Shown: piece by piece, positions 9,201 to 20,190 of the stretch
Position numbering within the stretch: the first letter of the stretch is position 1
Layout of the letters: every line of letters starts with the position of its first letter
DNA from: Isurus oxyrinchus
Lineage: Eukaryota
Assembly: GCA_026770705.1 (NCBI GenBank)
Contig: JANJGN010000006.1
Span: 10,416,001 to 10,480,000, forward strand
Direction: 5' to 3'
DNA: 64,000 bases
Position numbers and translations under genes: made by a program
The notes under the pieces: model-generated
What the model was told of the DNA's origin: nothing
What the model saw: only the letters and a program-made list of their open reading frames with translations
Databases searched by the model: none

Positions 9201-9503
9201 ACACCCTCCCAATAGGGACTGGCAATCAATACGGTCCTAAATGGGTATTGGGGGGCAAGACAAATGCTGGTGAGTCCCTACTGCCGGGAAACGATCAGGT
9301 TAGGGCCGGGGTGAAGGACGCGCGGGACTCGGAGAACTCCCGCCATAGCGCCGCGGAAAAGCGGCCACCCCGCCCCCTGCGGTGCGCGCGTGCACAGCGG
9401 CGGTTTAACACACCCTGAGGCAGCGCCTCCCAATGTTAACTTTGAGGTAGTGTCTGCAGCGGATGATCATTCTTTAGCCATTTTACGGCATGGATTTCTA
9501 TCG

Positions 9504-9576
9504 GGGGGATTAGCTCAAATAGTAGAGCGCTCGCTTAGCATGTGAGAGGTAGCGGGATCAATGCCCGCATCCTCCA
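9504..9576 (+). tRNA. tRNA-Ala-AGC: tRNA-Ala(AGC), unit 2 (G18A in D-loop, possibly impaired)
   Basis: As unit 1 but AAATAGTAG. Confidence 0.75.
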
Positions 9577-11258
9577 GTTGTTGCTGTTTACTTAAACAGC
9601 ACTGATTTTCATCTTAAAAATCTTGACAAACACAATTTCAATTACTTTCGTTTGGAAACTACAGGCTAATATGCTCTTAATTTTGGTGCCCACATGGCCC
9701 AGGAACACAGATGACACAGGCAAGAAGGGTTGGCAATGCATCTGGAATGGGCCACAATATTTCTCAATTTCTTGCTGCAACCAACCGCCCCCCAGCGCCC
9801 AATGCCCAACACACATCGCCCATCACCCAACACCCAACTGTTTACCCATTTCACCTGCTGTCCCTGCAGAGAGACAGCTCTCACTTAGAAGAGACTGGCT
9901 GGTGGAGAAATAACCAGGTGGTGCATGTGGGAGGAAATGAGGGGTTCTGAGCGAACGAGAGAGGATGTGGGCAGAGATTCAGGACAAGCTTAGTAGTGAA
10001 TGAACAGTGACCAGTGGACAGGGTTTGTTTGGCAGGGGTCTGGTGGGGGGGGCGTGCTGGTGGACAGTGAACTGGGATTGTGATGGGAGTGTTAGTGAAT
10101 GGTGGAAAGGGATTAGAGTGTGGGAGTTAGCGTAGGGATTAGGATGGGGAGGGACTGGACAGCGGTTGGTGTTCAGTGGGTGGAGGCAGGACAGAATGTT
10201 CAATAGGAGATTGACGGTGGAGGGTAGGGGATTGGGGCGAGGGGGTAGTAAACACTGGGTAGGGGATTAGATTTGGGAGTGGCATGTTTAGTGCATGATC
10301 AAGGTTCTGAGGTCAGGAGGGGAAATTTGGGTACAGGCAGTGGGGCAGAATGCAAGATTTAGTGCGGGAGTCACAGCTTTCCCAAAAAGAGGGTCAAAGT
10401 CATTTACAGCTTTAAATGACTTCACTAAGAAGCAAACATTTGGAAACACTTCATAAGCTAAACAAGCAGATAAGACATTCGACATAACAGGGGGAGAAGA
10501 GTTTACCGGTCCCGGATCAGACAAACCGGTGGGGGAAGCAAACAGGGAGATGCTGTTCTTCATAAGTAGGCAGTCTTCTTACAGCGGTTCACTGCACCCA
10601 GATCAGGCAAACGCATGGAAGAAGAAGCGTGGTGCTGATCTCTGTAGCTGGAGCAATCTCTTCTGCTCTCAGTCTTCTTGAGCTAGATGTAAGTCCAAAG
10701 CCAGTTTAAGAAGAATGGATCCTCCATCCAAAATATATATTTCCCCTCTTGAGAGCCCATTTATATACCTGAATTTAAGGGGCCGGTGAATAGTACAACA
10801 CAATCACCTTTCAGATGTTCACTTTGCAAGGGAGAGATATTCAAGGTAGACCCCTCCTGTTTCCATTGGAAGCCATGAAGTAAGTCATCTTGTGGCCTAT
10901 GGCTTGCTAGGACATGATGTTTAACCTTTACTCAGTTGGTTTAGATATGGATCATGAGATCTCACCTTATCAGGCTTCAGGAATGTCTTGTGCCAGGGCC
11001 TATGTTAGAAGCATGTCCTTGGCAGAAATAAAAGGCAGCCTGAGGAAAAGTGACAGGTGAGTGACTATTCCCCACACAGTGCAGGCTTCTGACTGGCGCC
11101 CCTATTAGCACGCGCCCAGGGTGCAGGTGTGACAGGCTTGAAGAGCGCCTGCGCCCTGCTCCTGCCCGGTTGACCAATCAGAGGCGGAGCAGCAGGAATG
11201 ATGACTATTTCCTCTGCCGTACACACATCAAGCCTGGCGAGCACACAGCTCAGCAACA

Positions 11259-11344
11259 CCTTCGATAGCTCAGCTGGTAGAGCGGAGAACTGTAGTTGTT
11301 CCGTGGTCATCCTTAGGTCGCTGGTTCGATTCTGGCTCGAAGGA
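11259..11344 (+). tRNA. tRNA-Tyr-GTA: tRNA-Tyr(GTA), intron, unit 3 (A30:C40 mismatch; keeps TTCGA T-loop)
   Basis: GGAGAACTGTAG; GGTTCGATTCTGGC. Confidence 0.75.
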
Positions 11345-11686
11345 CGTGTGCTTCCTTTTGCCTCCATCCCCCACCGCTTTTTACACCCTCCCAATAGGGA
11401 CTGGCAATCAATACGGTCCTAAATGGGTATTGGGGGGGCAAGACAAATGCTGGTGAGTCCCTACTGCCGGGAAACGATCAGGTTAGGGCCGGGGTGAAGG
11501 ACGCGCGGGACTCGGAGAACTCCCGCCATAGCGCCGCGGAAAAGCGGCCACCCCGCCCCCTGCGGTGCGCGCGTGCATAGCGGCGGTTTAACACACCCTG
11601 AGGCAGCGCCTCCCAATGTTAACTTTGAGGTAGTGTCTGCAGCGGATGATCATTCTTTAGCCATTTTACGGCATGGATTTCTATCT

Positions 11687-11759
11687 GGGGGATTAGCTCA
11701 AATGGTAGAGCGCTCGCTTAGCATGTGAGAGGTAGCGGGATCAATGCCCGCATCCTCCA
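11687..11759 (+). tRNA. tRNA-Ala-AGC: tRNA-Ala(AGC), unit 3
   Basis: Same as array consensus. Confidence 0.9.
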
Positions 11760-13454
11760 GTTGTTGCTGTTTACTCAAACAGCACTGATTTTCATCTTAA
11801 AAATCTTGACAAACACAATTTCAATTACTTTCATTTGGAAACTACAGGCTAATATGCTCTTAATTTTGGTGCCCACATGGCCCAGGAACACAGATGACAC
11901 AGGCAAGAAGGGTTGGCAATGCATCTGGAATGGGCCACAATATTTCTCAATTTCTTGCTGCAACCAACCGCCCCCCAGCGCCCAATGCCCAACACACATC
12001 GCCCATCACCCAACACCCAACTGTTTACCCATTTCACCTGCTGTCCCTGCAGAGAGACAGCTCTCACTTAGAAGAGACTGGCTGGTGGAGAAATAACCAG
12101 GTGGTGCATGTGGGAGGAAATGAGGGGTTCTGAGCGAACGAGAGAGGATGTGGGCAGAGATTCAGGACAAGCTCAGTAGTGAATGAACAGTGACCAGTGG
12201 ACAGGGTTTGTTTGGCAGGGGTCTGGTGGGGGGGGCGTGCTGGTGGACAGTGAACTGGGATTGTGATGGGAGTGTTAGTGAATGGTGGAAAAGGATTAGA
12301 GTGTGGGAGTTAGCGTAGGGATTAGGATGGGGAGGGACTGGACAGCGGTTGGTGTTCAGTGGGTGGAGGCAGGACAGAATGTTCAATAGGAGATTGACGG
12401 TGGAGGGTAGGGGATTGGGGCGAGGGGGTAGTAAACACTGGGTAGGGGATTAGATTTGGGAGTGGCATGTTTAGTGCATGATCAAGGTTCTGAGGTCAGG
12501 AGGGGAAATTTGGGTACAGGCAGTGGGGCAGAATGCAAGATTTAGTGCGGGAGTCACAGCTTTCCCAAAAAGAGGGTCAAAGTCATTTACAGCTTTAAAT
12601 GACTTCACTAAGAAGCAAACATTTGGAAACACTTCATAAGCTAAACAAGCAGATAAGACATTCGACATAACAGGGGGAGAAGAGTTTACCGGTCCCGGAT
12701 CAGACAAACCGGTGGGGGAAGCAAACAGGGAGATGCTGTTCTTCATAAGTAGGCAGTCTTCTTACAGCGGTTCACTGCACCCAGATCAGGCAAACGCATG
12801 GAAGAAGAAGCGTGGTGCTGATCTCTGTAGCTGGAGCAATCTCTTCTGCTCTCAGTCTTCTTGAGCTAGATGTAAGTCCAAAGCCAGCACAGATCCAGTT
12901 TAAGAAGAATGGATCCTCCATCCAAAATATATTTTCCCCTCTTGAGAGCCCATTTATATACCTGATTTTAAGGGGCCGGTGAATAGTACGACACAATCAC
13001 CTTTCAGATGTTCACTTTGCAAGGGAGAGATATTCAAGGTAGACCCCTCCTGTTTCCATTGGAAGCCATGAAGTAAGTCATCTTGTGGCCTATGGCTTGC
13101 TAGGACATGATGTTTAACCTTTACTCAGTTGGTTTAGATATGGATCATGAGATCTCACCTTATCAGGCTTCAGGAATGTCTTGAGCCAGGGCCTATGTTA
13201 GAAGCATGTCCTTGGCAGAAATAAAAGGCAGCCTGAGGAAAAGTGACAGGTGAAAAGTGACTATTCCACACACAGTGCAGGCTTCTGACTGGCGCCCATA
13301 TTAGCACGCGCCCAGGGTGCAGGTGTGACAGGCGTGAAGAGCGCCTGTGCCCTGCTCCTGCCCGGTTGACCAATCAGAAGCGAAGCAGCAGGAATGATGA
13401 CTATTTCCTCTGCCGTACACACATCAAGCCTGGAGAGCACACAGACCTACAGCA

Positions 13455-13540
13455 CCTTTGATAGCTCAGCTGGTAGAGCGGAGGACTGTAGTTGTTCCGT
13501 GGTCATCCTTAGGTCGCTGGTTCAATTCCGGCTCGAAGGA
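13455..13540 (+). tRNA. tRNA-Tyr-GTA: tRNA-Tyr(GTA), intron, unit 4 (C5T; canonical T-stem)
   Basis: CCTTTGATAG...TTCAATTCCGGC. Confidence 0.85.
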
Positions 13541-13881
13541 CGTGTGCTTCCTTTTGCCTCGATCCCCCACAGCTTTTTACACCCTCCCAATAGGGACTGG
13601 CAATCAATACGGTCCTAAATGGGTATTGGGGGGCAAGACAAATGCTGGTGAGTCCCTACTGCCGGGAAACGATCAGGTTAGGGCCGGGGTGAAGGACGCG
13701 CGGGACTCGGAGAACTCCCGCCATAGCGCCGCGGAAAAGCGGCCACCCCGCCCCCTGCGGTGCGCGCGTGCACAGCGGCGGTTTAACACACCCTGAGGCA
13801 GCGCCTCCCAATGTTAACTTTGAGGTAGTGTCTGCAGCGGATGATCATTCTTTAGCCATTTTACGGCATGGATTTCTATCG

Positions 13882-13954
13882 GGGGGATTAGCTCAAATAG
13901 TAGAGCGCTCGCTTAGCATGTGAGAGGTAGCGGGATCAATGCCCGCATCCTCCA
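13882..13954 (+). tRNA. tRNA-Ala-AGC: tRNA-Ala(AGC), unit 4 (G18A)
   Basis: AAATAGTAG variant shared with unit 2. Confidence 0.75.
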
Positions 13955-15649
13955 GTTGTTGCTGTTTACTCAAACAGCACTGATTTTCATCTTAAAAATC
14001 TTGACAAACACAATTTCAATTACTTTCGTTTGGAAACTACAGGCTAATATGCTCTTAATTTTGGTGCCCACATGGCCCAGGAACACAGATGACACAGGCA
14101 AGAAGGGTTGGCAATGCATCTGGAATGGGCCACAATATTTCTCAATTTCTTGCTGCAACCAACCGCCCCCCAGCGCCCAATGCCCAACACACATCGCCCA
14201 TCACCCAACACCCAACTGTTTACCCATTTCACCTGCTGTCCCTGCAGAGAGACAGCTCTCACTTAGAAGAGACTGGCTGGTGGAGAAATAACCAGGTGGT
14301 GCATGTGGGAGGAAATGAGGGGTTCTGAGCGAACGAGAGAGGATGTGGGCAGAGATTCAGGACAAGCTTAGTAGTGAATGAACAGTGACCAGTGGACAGG
14401 GTTTGTTTGGCAGGGGTCTGGTGGGGGGGGCGTGCTGGTGGACAGTGAACTGGGATTGTGATGGGAGTGTTAGTGAATGGTGGAAAGGGATTAGAGTGTG
14501 GGAGTTAGCGTAGGGATTAGGATGGGGAGGGACTGGACAGCGGTTGGTGTTCAGTGGGTGGAGGCAGGACAGAATGTTCAATAGGAGATTGACGGTGGAG
14601 GGTAGGGGATTGGGGCGAGGGGGTAGTAAACACTGGGTAGGGGATTAGATTTGGGAGTGGCATGTTTAGTGCATGATCAAGGTTCTGAGGTCAGGAGGGG
14701 AAATTTGGGTACAGGCAGTGGGGCAGAATGCAAGATTTAGTGCGGGAGTCACAGCTTTCCCAAAAAGAGGGTCAAAGTCATTTACAGCTTTAAATGACTT
14801 CACTAAGAAGCAAACATTTGGAAACACTTCATAAGCTAAACAAGCAGATAAGACATTCGACATAACAGGGGGAGAAGAGTTTACCGGTCCCGGATCAGAC
14901 AAACCGGTGGGGGAAGCAAACAGGGAGATGCTGTTCTTCATAAGTAGGCAGTCTTCTTACAGCGGTTCACTGCACCCAGATCAGGCAAACGCATGGAAGA
15001 AGAAGCGTGGTGCTGATCTCTGTAGCTGGAGCAATCTCTTCTGCTCTCAGTCTTCTTCAGCTAGATGTAAGTCCAAAGCCAGCATAGATCCAGTTTAAGA
15101 AGAATGGATCCTCCATCCAAAATATATTTTCCCCTCTTGAGAGCCCATTTATATACCTGATTTTAAGGGGCCGGTGAATAGTACGACACAATCACCTTTC
15201 AGATGTTCACTTTGCAAGGGAGAGATATTCAAGGTAGACCCCTCCTGTTTCCATTGGAAGCCATGAAGTAAGTCATCTTGTGGCCTATGGCTTGCTAGGA
15301 CATGATGTTTAACCTTTACTCAGTTGGTTTAGATATGGATCATGAGATCTCACCTTATCAGGCTTCAGGAATGTCTTGTGCCAGGGCCTATGTTAGAAGC
15401 ATGTCCTTGGCAGAAATAAAAGGCAGCCTGAGGAAAAGTGACAGGTGAAAAGTGACTATTCCACACACAGTGCAGGCTTCTGACTGGCGCCCCTATTAGC
15501 ACGCGCCCAGGGTGCAGGTGTGACAGGCGTGAAGAGCGCCTGTGCCCTGCTCCTGCCCGGTTGACCAATCAGAAGCGAAGCAGCAGGAATGATGACTATT
15601 TCCTCTGCCGTACACACATCAAGCCTGGAGAGCACACAGACCTACAGCA

Positions 15650-15735
15650 CCTTCGATAGCTCAGCTGGTAGAGCGGAGGACTGTAGTTGTTCCGTGGTCA
15701 TCCTTAGGTCGCTGGTTCAATTCTGGCTCGAAGGA
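15650..15735 (+). tRNA. tRNA-Tyr-GTA: tRNA-Tyr(GTA), intron, unit 5
   Basis: Array consensus (T62 variant). Confidence 0.88.
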
Positions 15736-16076
15736 CGTGTGCTTCCTTTTGCCTCGATCCCCCACAGCTTTTTACACCCTCCCAATAGGGACTGGCAATC
15801 AATACGGTCCTAAATGGGTATTGGGGGGCAAGACAAATGCTGGTGAGTCCCTACTGCCGGGAAACGATCAGGTTAGGGCCGGGGTGAAGGACGCGCGGGA
15901 CTCGGAGAACTCCCGCCATAGCGCCGCGGAAAAGCGGCCACCCCGCCCCCTGCGGTGCGCGCGTGCACAGCGGCGGTTTAACACACCCTGAGGCAGCGCC
16001 TCCCAATGTTAACTTTGAGGTAGTGTCTGCAGCGGATGATCATTCTTTAGCCATTTTACGGCATGGATTTCTATCT

Positions 16077-16149
16077 GGGGGGTTAGCTCAAATGGTAGAG
16101 CGCTCGCTTAGCATGTGAGAGGTAGCGGGATCAATGCCCGCATCCTCCA
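16077..16149 (+). tRNA. tRNA-Ala-AGC: tRNA-Ala(AGC), unit 5 (A6G, extra G:U in acceptor stem)
   Basis: GGGGGGTTAGC. Confidence 0.85.
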
Positions 16150-17494
16150 CTTGTTGCTGTTTACTCAAACAGCACTGATTTTCATCTTAAAAATCTTGAC
16201 AAACACAATTTCAATTACTTTCATTTGGAAACTACAGGCTAATATGCTCTTAATTTTGGTGCCCACATGGCCCAGGAACACAGATGACACAGGCAAGAAG
16301 GGTTGGCAATGCATCTGGAATGGGCCACAATATTTCTCAATTTCTTGCTGCAACCAACCGCCCCCCAGCGCCCAATGCCCAACACACATCGCCCATCACC
16401 CAACACCCAACTGTTTACCCATTTCACCTGCTGTCCCTGCAGAGAGACAGCTCTCACTTAGAAGAGACTGGCTGGTGGAGAAATAACCAGGTGGTGCATG
16501 TGGGAGGAAATGAGGGGTTCTGAGCGAACGAGAGAGGATGTGGGCAGAGATTCAGGACAAGCTTAGTAGTGAATGAACAGTGACCAGTGGACAGGGTTTG
16601 TTTGGCAGGGGTCTGGTGGGGGGGGGCGTGCTGGTGGACAGTGAACTGGGATTGTGATGGGAGTGTTAGTGAATGGTGGAAAGGGATTAGAGTGTGGGAG
16701 TTAGCGTAGGGATTAGGATGGGGAGGGACTGGACAGCGGTTGGTGTTCAGTGGGTGGAGGCAGGACAGAATGTTCAATAGGAGATTGACGGTGGAGGGTA
16801 GGGGATTGGGGCGAGGGGGTAGTAAACACTGGGTAGGGGATTAGATTTGGGAGTGGCATGTTTAGTGCATGATCAAGGTTCTGAGGTCAGGAGGGGAAAT
16901 TTGGGTACAGGCAGTGGGGCAGAATGCAAGATTTAGTGCGGGAGTCACAGCTTTCCCAAAAAGAGGGTCAAAGTCATTTACAGCTTTAAATGACTTCACT
17001 AAGAAGCAAACATTTGGAAACACTTCATAAGCTAAACAAGCAGATAAGACATTCGACATAACAGAGGGAGAAGAGTTTACCGGTCCCGGATCAGACAAAC
17101 CGGTGGGGGAAGCAAACAGGGAGATGCTGTTCTTCATAAGTAGGCAGTCTTCTTACAGCGGTTCACTGCACCCAGATCAGGCAAACGCATGGAAGAAGAA
17201 GCGTGGTGCTGATCTCTGTAGCTGGAGCAATCTCTTCTGCTCTCAGTCTTCTTGAGCTAGATGTAAGTCCAAAGCCAGCATTGATCCAGTTTAAGAAGAA
17301 TGGATCCTCCATCCAAAATATATTTTCCCCTCTTGAGAGCCCATTTATATACCTGATTTTAAGGGGCCGGTGAATAGTACGACACAATCACCTTTCAGAT
17401 GTTCACTTTGCAAGGGAGAGATATTCAAGGTAGACCCCTCCTGTTTCCTCTGCCGTACACACATCAAGCCTGGAGAGCACACAGACCTACAGCA

Positions 17495-17580
17495 CCTTCG
17501 ATAGCTCAGCTGGTAGAGCGGAGGACTGTAGTTGTTCCGTGGTCATCCTTAGGTCGCTGGTTCAATTCTGGCTCGAAGGA
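17495..17580 (+). tRNA. tRNA-Tyr-GTA: tRNA-Tyr(GTA), intron, unit 6 (upstream ~351-bp deletion)
   Basis: Array consensus. Confidence 0.88.
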
Positions 17581-17921
17581 CGTGTGCTTCCTTTTGCCTC
17601 GATCCCCCACAGCTTTTTACACCCTCCCAATAGGGACTGGCAATCAATACGGTCCTAAATGGGTATTGGGGGGCAAGACAAATGCTGGTGAGTCCCTACT
17701 GCCGGGAAACGATCAGGTTAGGGCCGGGGTGAAGGACGCGCGGGACTCGGAGAACTCCCGCCATAGCGCCGCGGAAAAGCGGCCACCCCGCCCCCTGCGG
17801 TGCGCGCGTGCACAGCGGCGGTTTAACACACCCTGAGGCAGCGCCTCCCAATGTTAACTTTGAGGTAGTGTCTGCAGCGGATGATCATTCTTTAGCCATT
17901 TTACGGCATGGATTTCTATCT

Positions 17922-17994
17922 GGGGGATTAGCTCAAATGGTAGAGTGCTCGCTTAGCATGTGAGAGGTAGCGGGATCAATGCCCGCATCCTCCA
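17922..17994 (+). tRNA. tRNA-Ala-AGC: tRNA-Ala(AGC), unit 6 (C25T)
   Basis: GTAGAGTGCTCG. Confidence 0.85.
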
Positions 17995-19690
17995 CTTGTT
18001 GCTGTTTACTCAAACAGCACTGATTTTCATCTTAAAAATCTTGACAAACACAATTTCAATTACTTTCATTTGGAAACTACAGGCTAATATGCTCTTAATT
18101 TTGGTGCCCACATGGCCCAGGAACACAGATGACACAGGCAAGAAGGGTTGGCAATGCATCTGGAATGGGCCACAATATTTCTCAATTTCTTGCTGCAACC
18201 AACCGCCCCCCAGCGCCCAATGCCCAACACACATCGCCCATCACCCAACACCCAACTGTTTACCCATTTCACCTGCTGTCCCTGCAGAGAGACAGCTCTC
18301 ACTTAGAAGAGACTGGCTGGTGGAGAAATAACCAGGTGGTGCATGTGGGAGGAAATGAGGGGTTCTGAGCGAACGAGAGAGGATGTGGGCAGAGATTCAG
18401 GACAAGCTTAGTAGTGAATGAACAGTGACCAGTGGACAGGGTTTGTTTGGCAGGGGTCTGGTGGGGGGGGGCGTGCTGGTGGACAGTGAACTGGGATTGT
18501 GATGGGAGTGTTAGTGAATGGTGGAAAGGGATTAGAGTGTGGGAGTTAGCGTAGGGATTAGGATGGGGAGGGACTGGACAGCGGTTGGTGTTCAGTGGGT
18601 GGAGGCAGGACAGAATGTTCAATAGGAGATTGACGGTGGAGGGTAGGGGATTGGGGCGAGGGGGTAGTAAACACTGGGTAGGGGATTAGATTTGGGAGTG
18701 GCATGTTTAGTGCATGATCAAGGTTCTGAGGTCAGGAGGGGAAATTTGGGTACAGGCAGTGGGGCAGAATGCAAGATTTAGTGCGGGAGTCACAGCTTTC
18801 CCAAAAAGAGGGTCAAAGTCATTTACAGCTTTAAATGACTTCACTAAGAAGCAAACATTTGGAAACACTTCATAAGCTAAACAAGCAGATAAGACATTCG
18901 ACATAACAGGGGGAGAAGAGTTTACCGGTCCCGGATCAGACAAACCGGTGGGGGAAGCAAACAGGGAGATGCTGTTCTTCATAAGTAGGCAGTCTTCTTA
19001 CAGCGGTTCACTGCACCCAGATCAGGCAAACGCATGGAAGAAGAAGCGTGGTGCTGATCTCTGTAGCTGGAGCAATCTCTTCTGCTCTCAGTCTTCTTGA
19101 GCTAGATGTAAGTCCAAAGCCAGCATTGATCCAGTTTAAGAAGAATGGATCCTCCATCCAAAATATATTTTCCCCTCTTGAGAGCCCATTTATATACCTG
19201 ATTTTAAGGGGCCGGTGAATAGTACGACACAATCACCTTTCAGATGTTCACTTTGCAAGGGAGAGATATTCAAGGTAGACCCCTCCTGTTTCCATTGGAA
19301 GCCATGAAGTAAGTCATCTTGTGGCCTATGGCTTGCTAGGACATGATGTTTAACCTTTACTCAGTTGGTTTAAATATGGATCATGAGATCTCACCTTATC
19401 AGGCTTCAGGAATGTCTTGAGCCAGGGCCTATGTTAGAAGCATGTCCTTGGCAGAAATAAAAGGCAGCCTGAGGAAAAGTGACAGGTGAAAAGTGACTAT
19501 TCCACACACAGTGCAGGCTTCTGACTGGCGCCCCTATTAGCACGCGCCCAGGGTGCAGGTGTGACAGGCGTGAAGAGCGCCTGTGCCCTGCTCCTGCCCG
19601 GTTGACCAATCAGAAGCGAAGCAGCAGGAATGATGACTATTTCCTCTGCCGTACACACATCAAGCCTGGAGAGCACACAGACCTACAGCA

Positions 19691-19776
19691 CCTTCGATAG
19701 CTCAGCTGGTAGAGCGGAGGACTGTAGTTGTTCCGTGGTCATCCTTAGGTCGCTGGTTCAATTCTGGCTCGAAGGA
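19691..19776 (+). tRNA. tRNA-Tyr-GTA: tRNA-Tyr(GTA), intron, unit 7
   Basis: Array consensus. Confidence 0.88.
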
Positions 19777-20117
19777 CGTGTGCTTCCTTTTGCCTCGATC
19801 CCCCACAGCTTTTTACACCCTCCCAATAGGGACTGGCAATCAATACGGTCCTAAATGGGTATTGGGGGGCAAGACAAATGCTGGTGAGTCCCTACTGCCG
19901 GGAAACGATCAGGTTAGGGCCGGGGTGAAGGACGCGCGGGACTCGGAGAACTCCCGCCATAGCGCCGCGGAAAAGCGGCCACCCCGCCCCCTGCGGTGCG
20001 CGCGTGCACAGCGGCGGTTTAACACACCCTGAGGCAGCGCCTCCCAATGTTAACTTTGAGGTAGTGTCTGCAGCGGATGATCATTCTTTAGCCATTTTAC
20101 GGCATGGATTCCTATCT

Positions 20118-20190
20118 GGGGGATTAGCTCAAATGGTAGAGCGCTCGCTTAGCATGTGAGAGGTAGCGGGATCAATGCCCGCATCCTCCA
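20118..20190 (+). tRNA. tRNA-Ala-AGC: tRNA-Ala(AGC), unit 7
   Basis: Array consensus. Confidence 0.9.
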
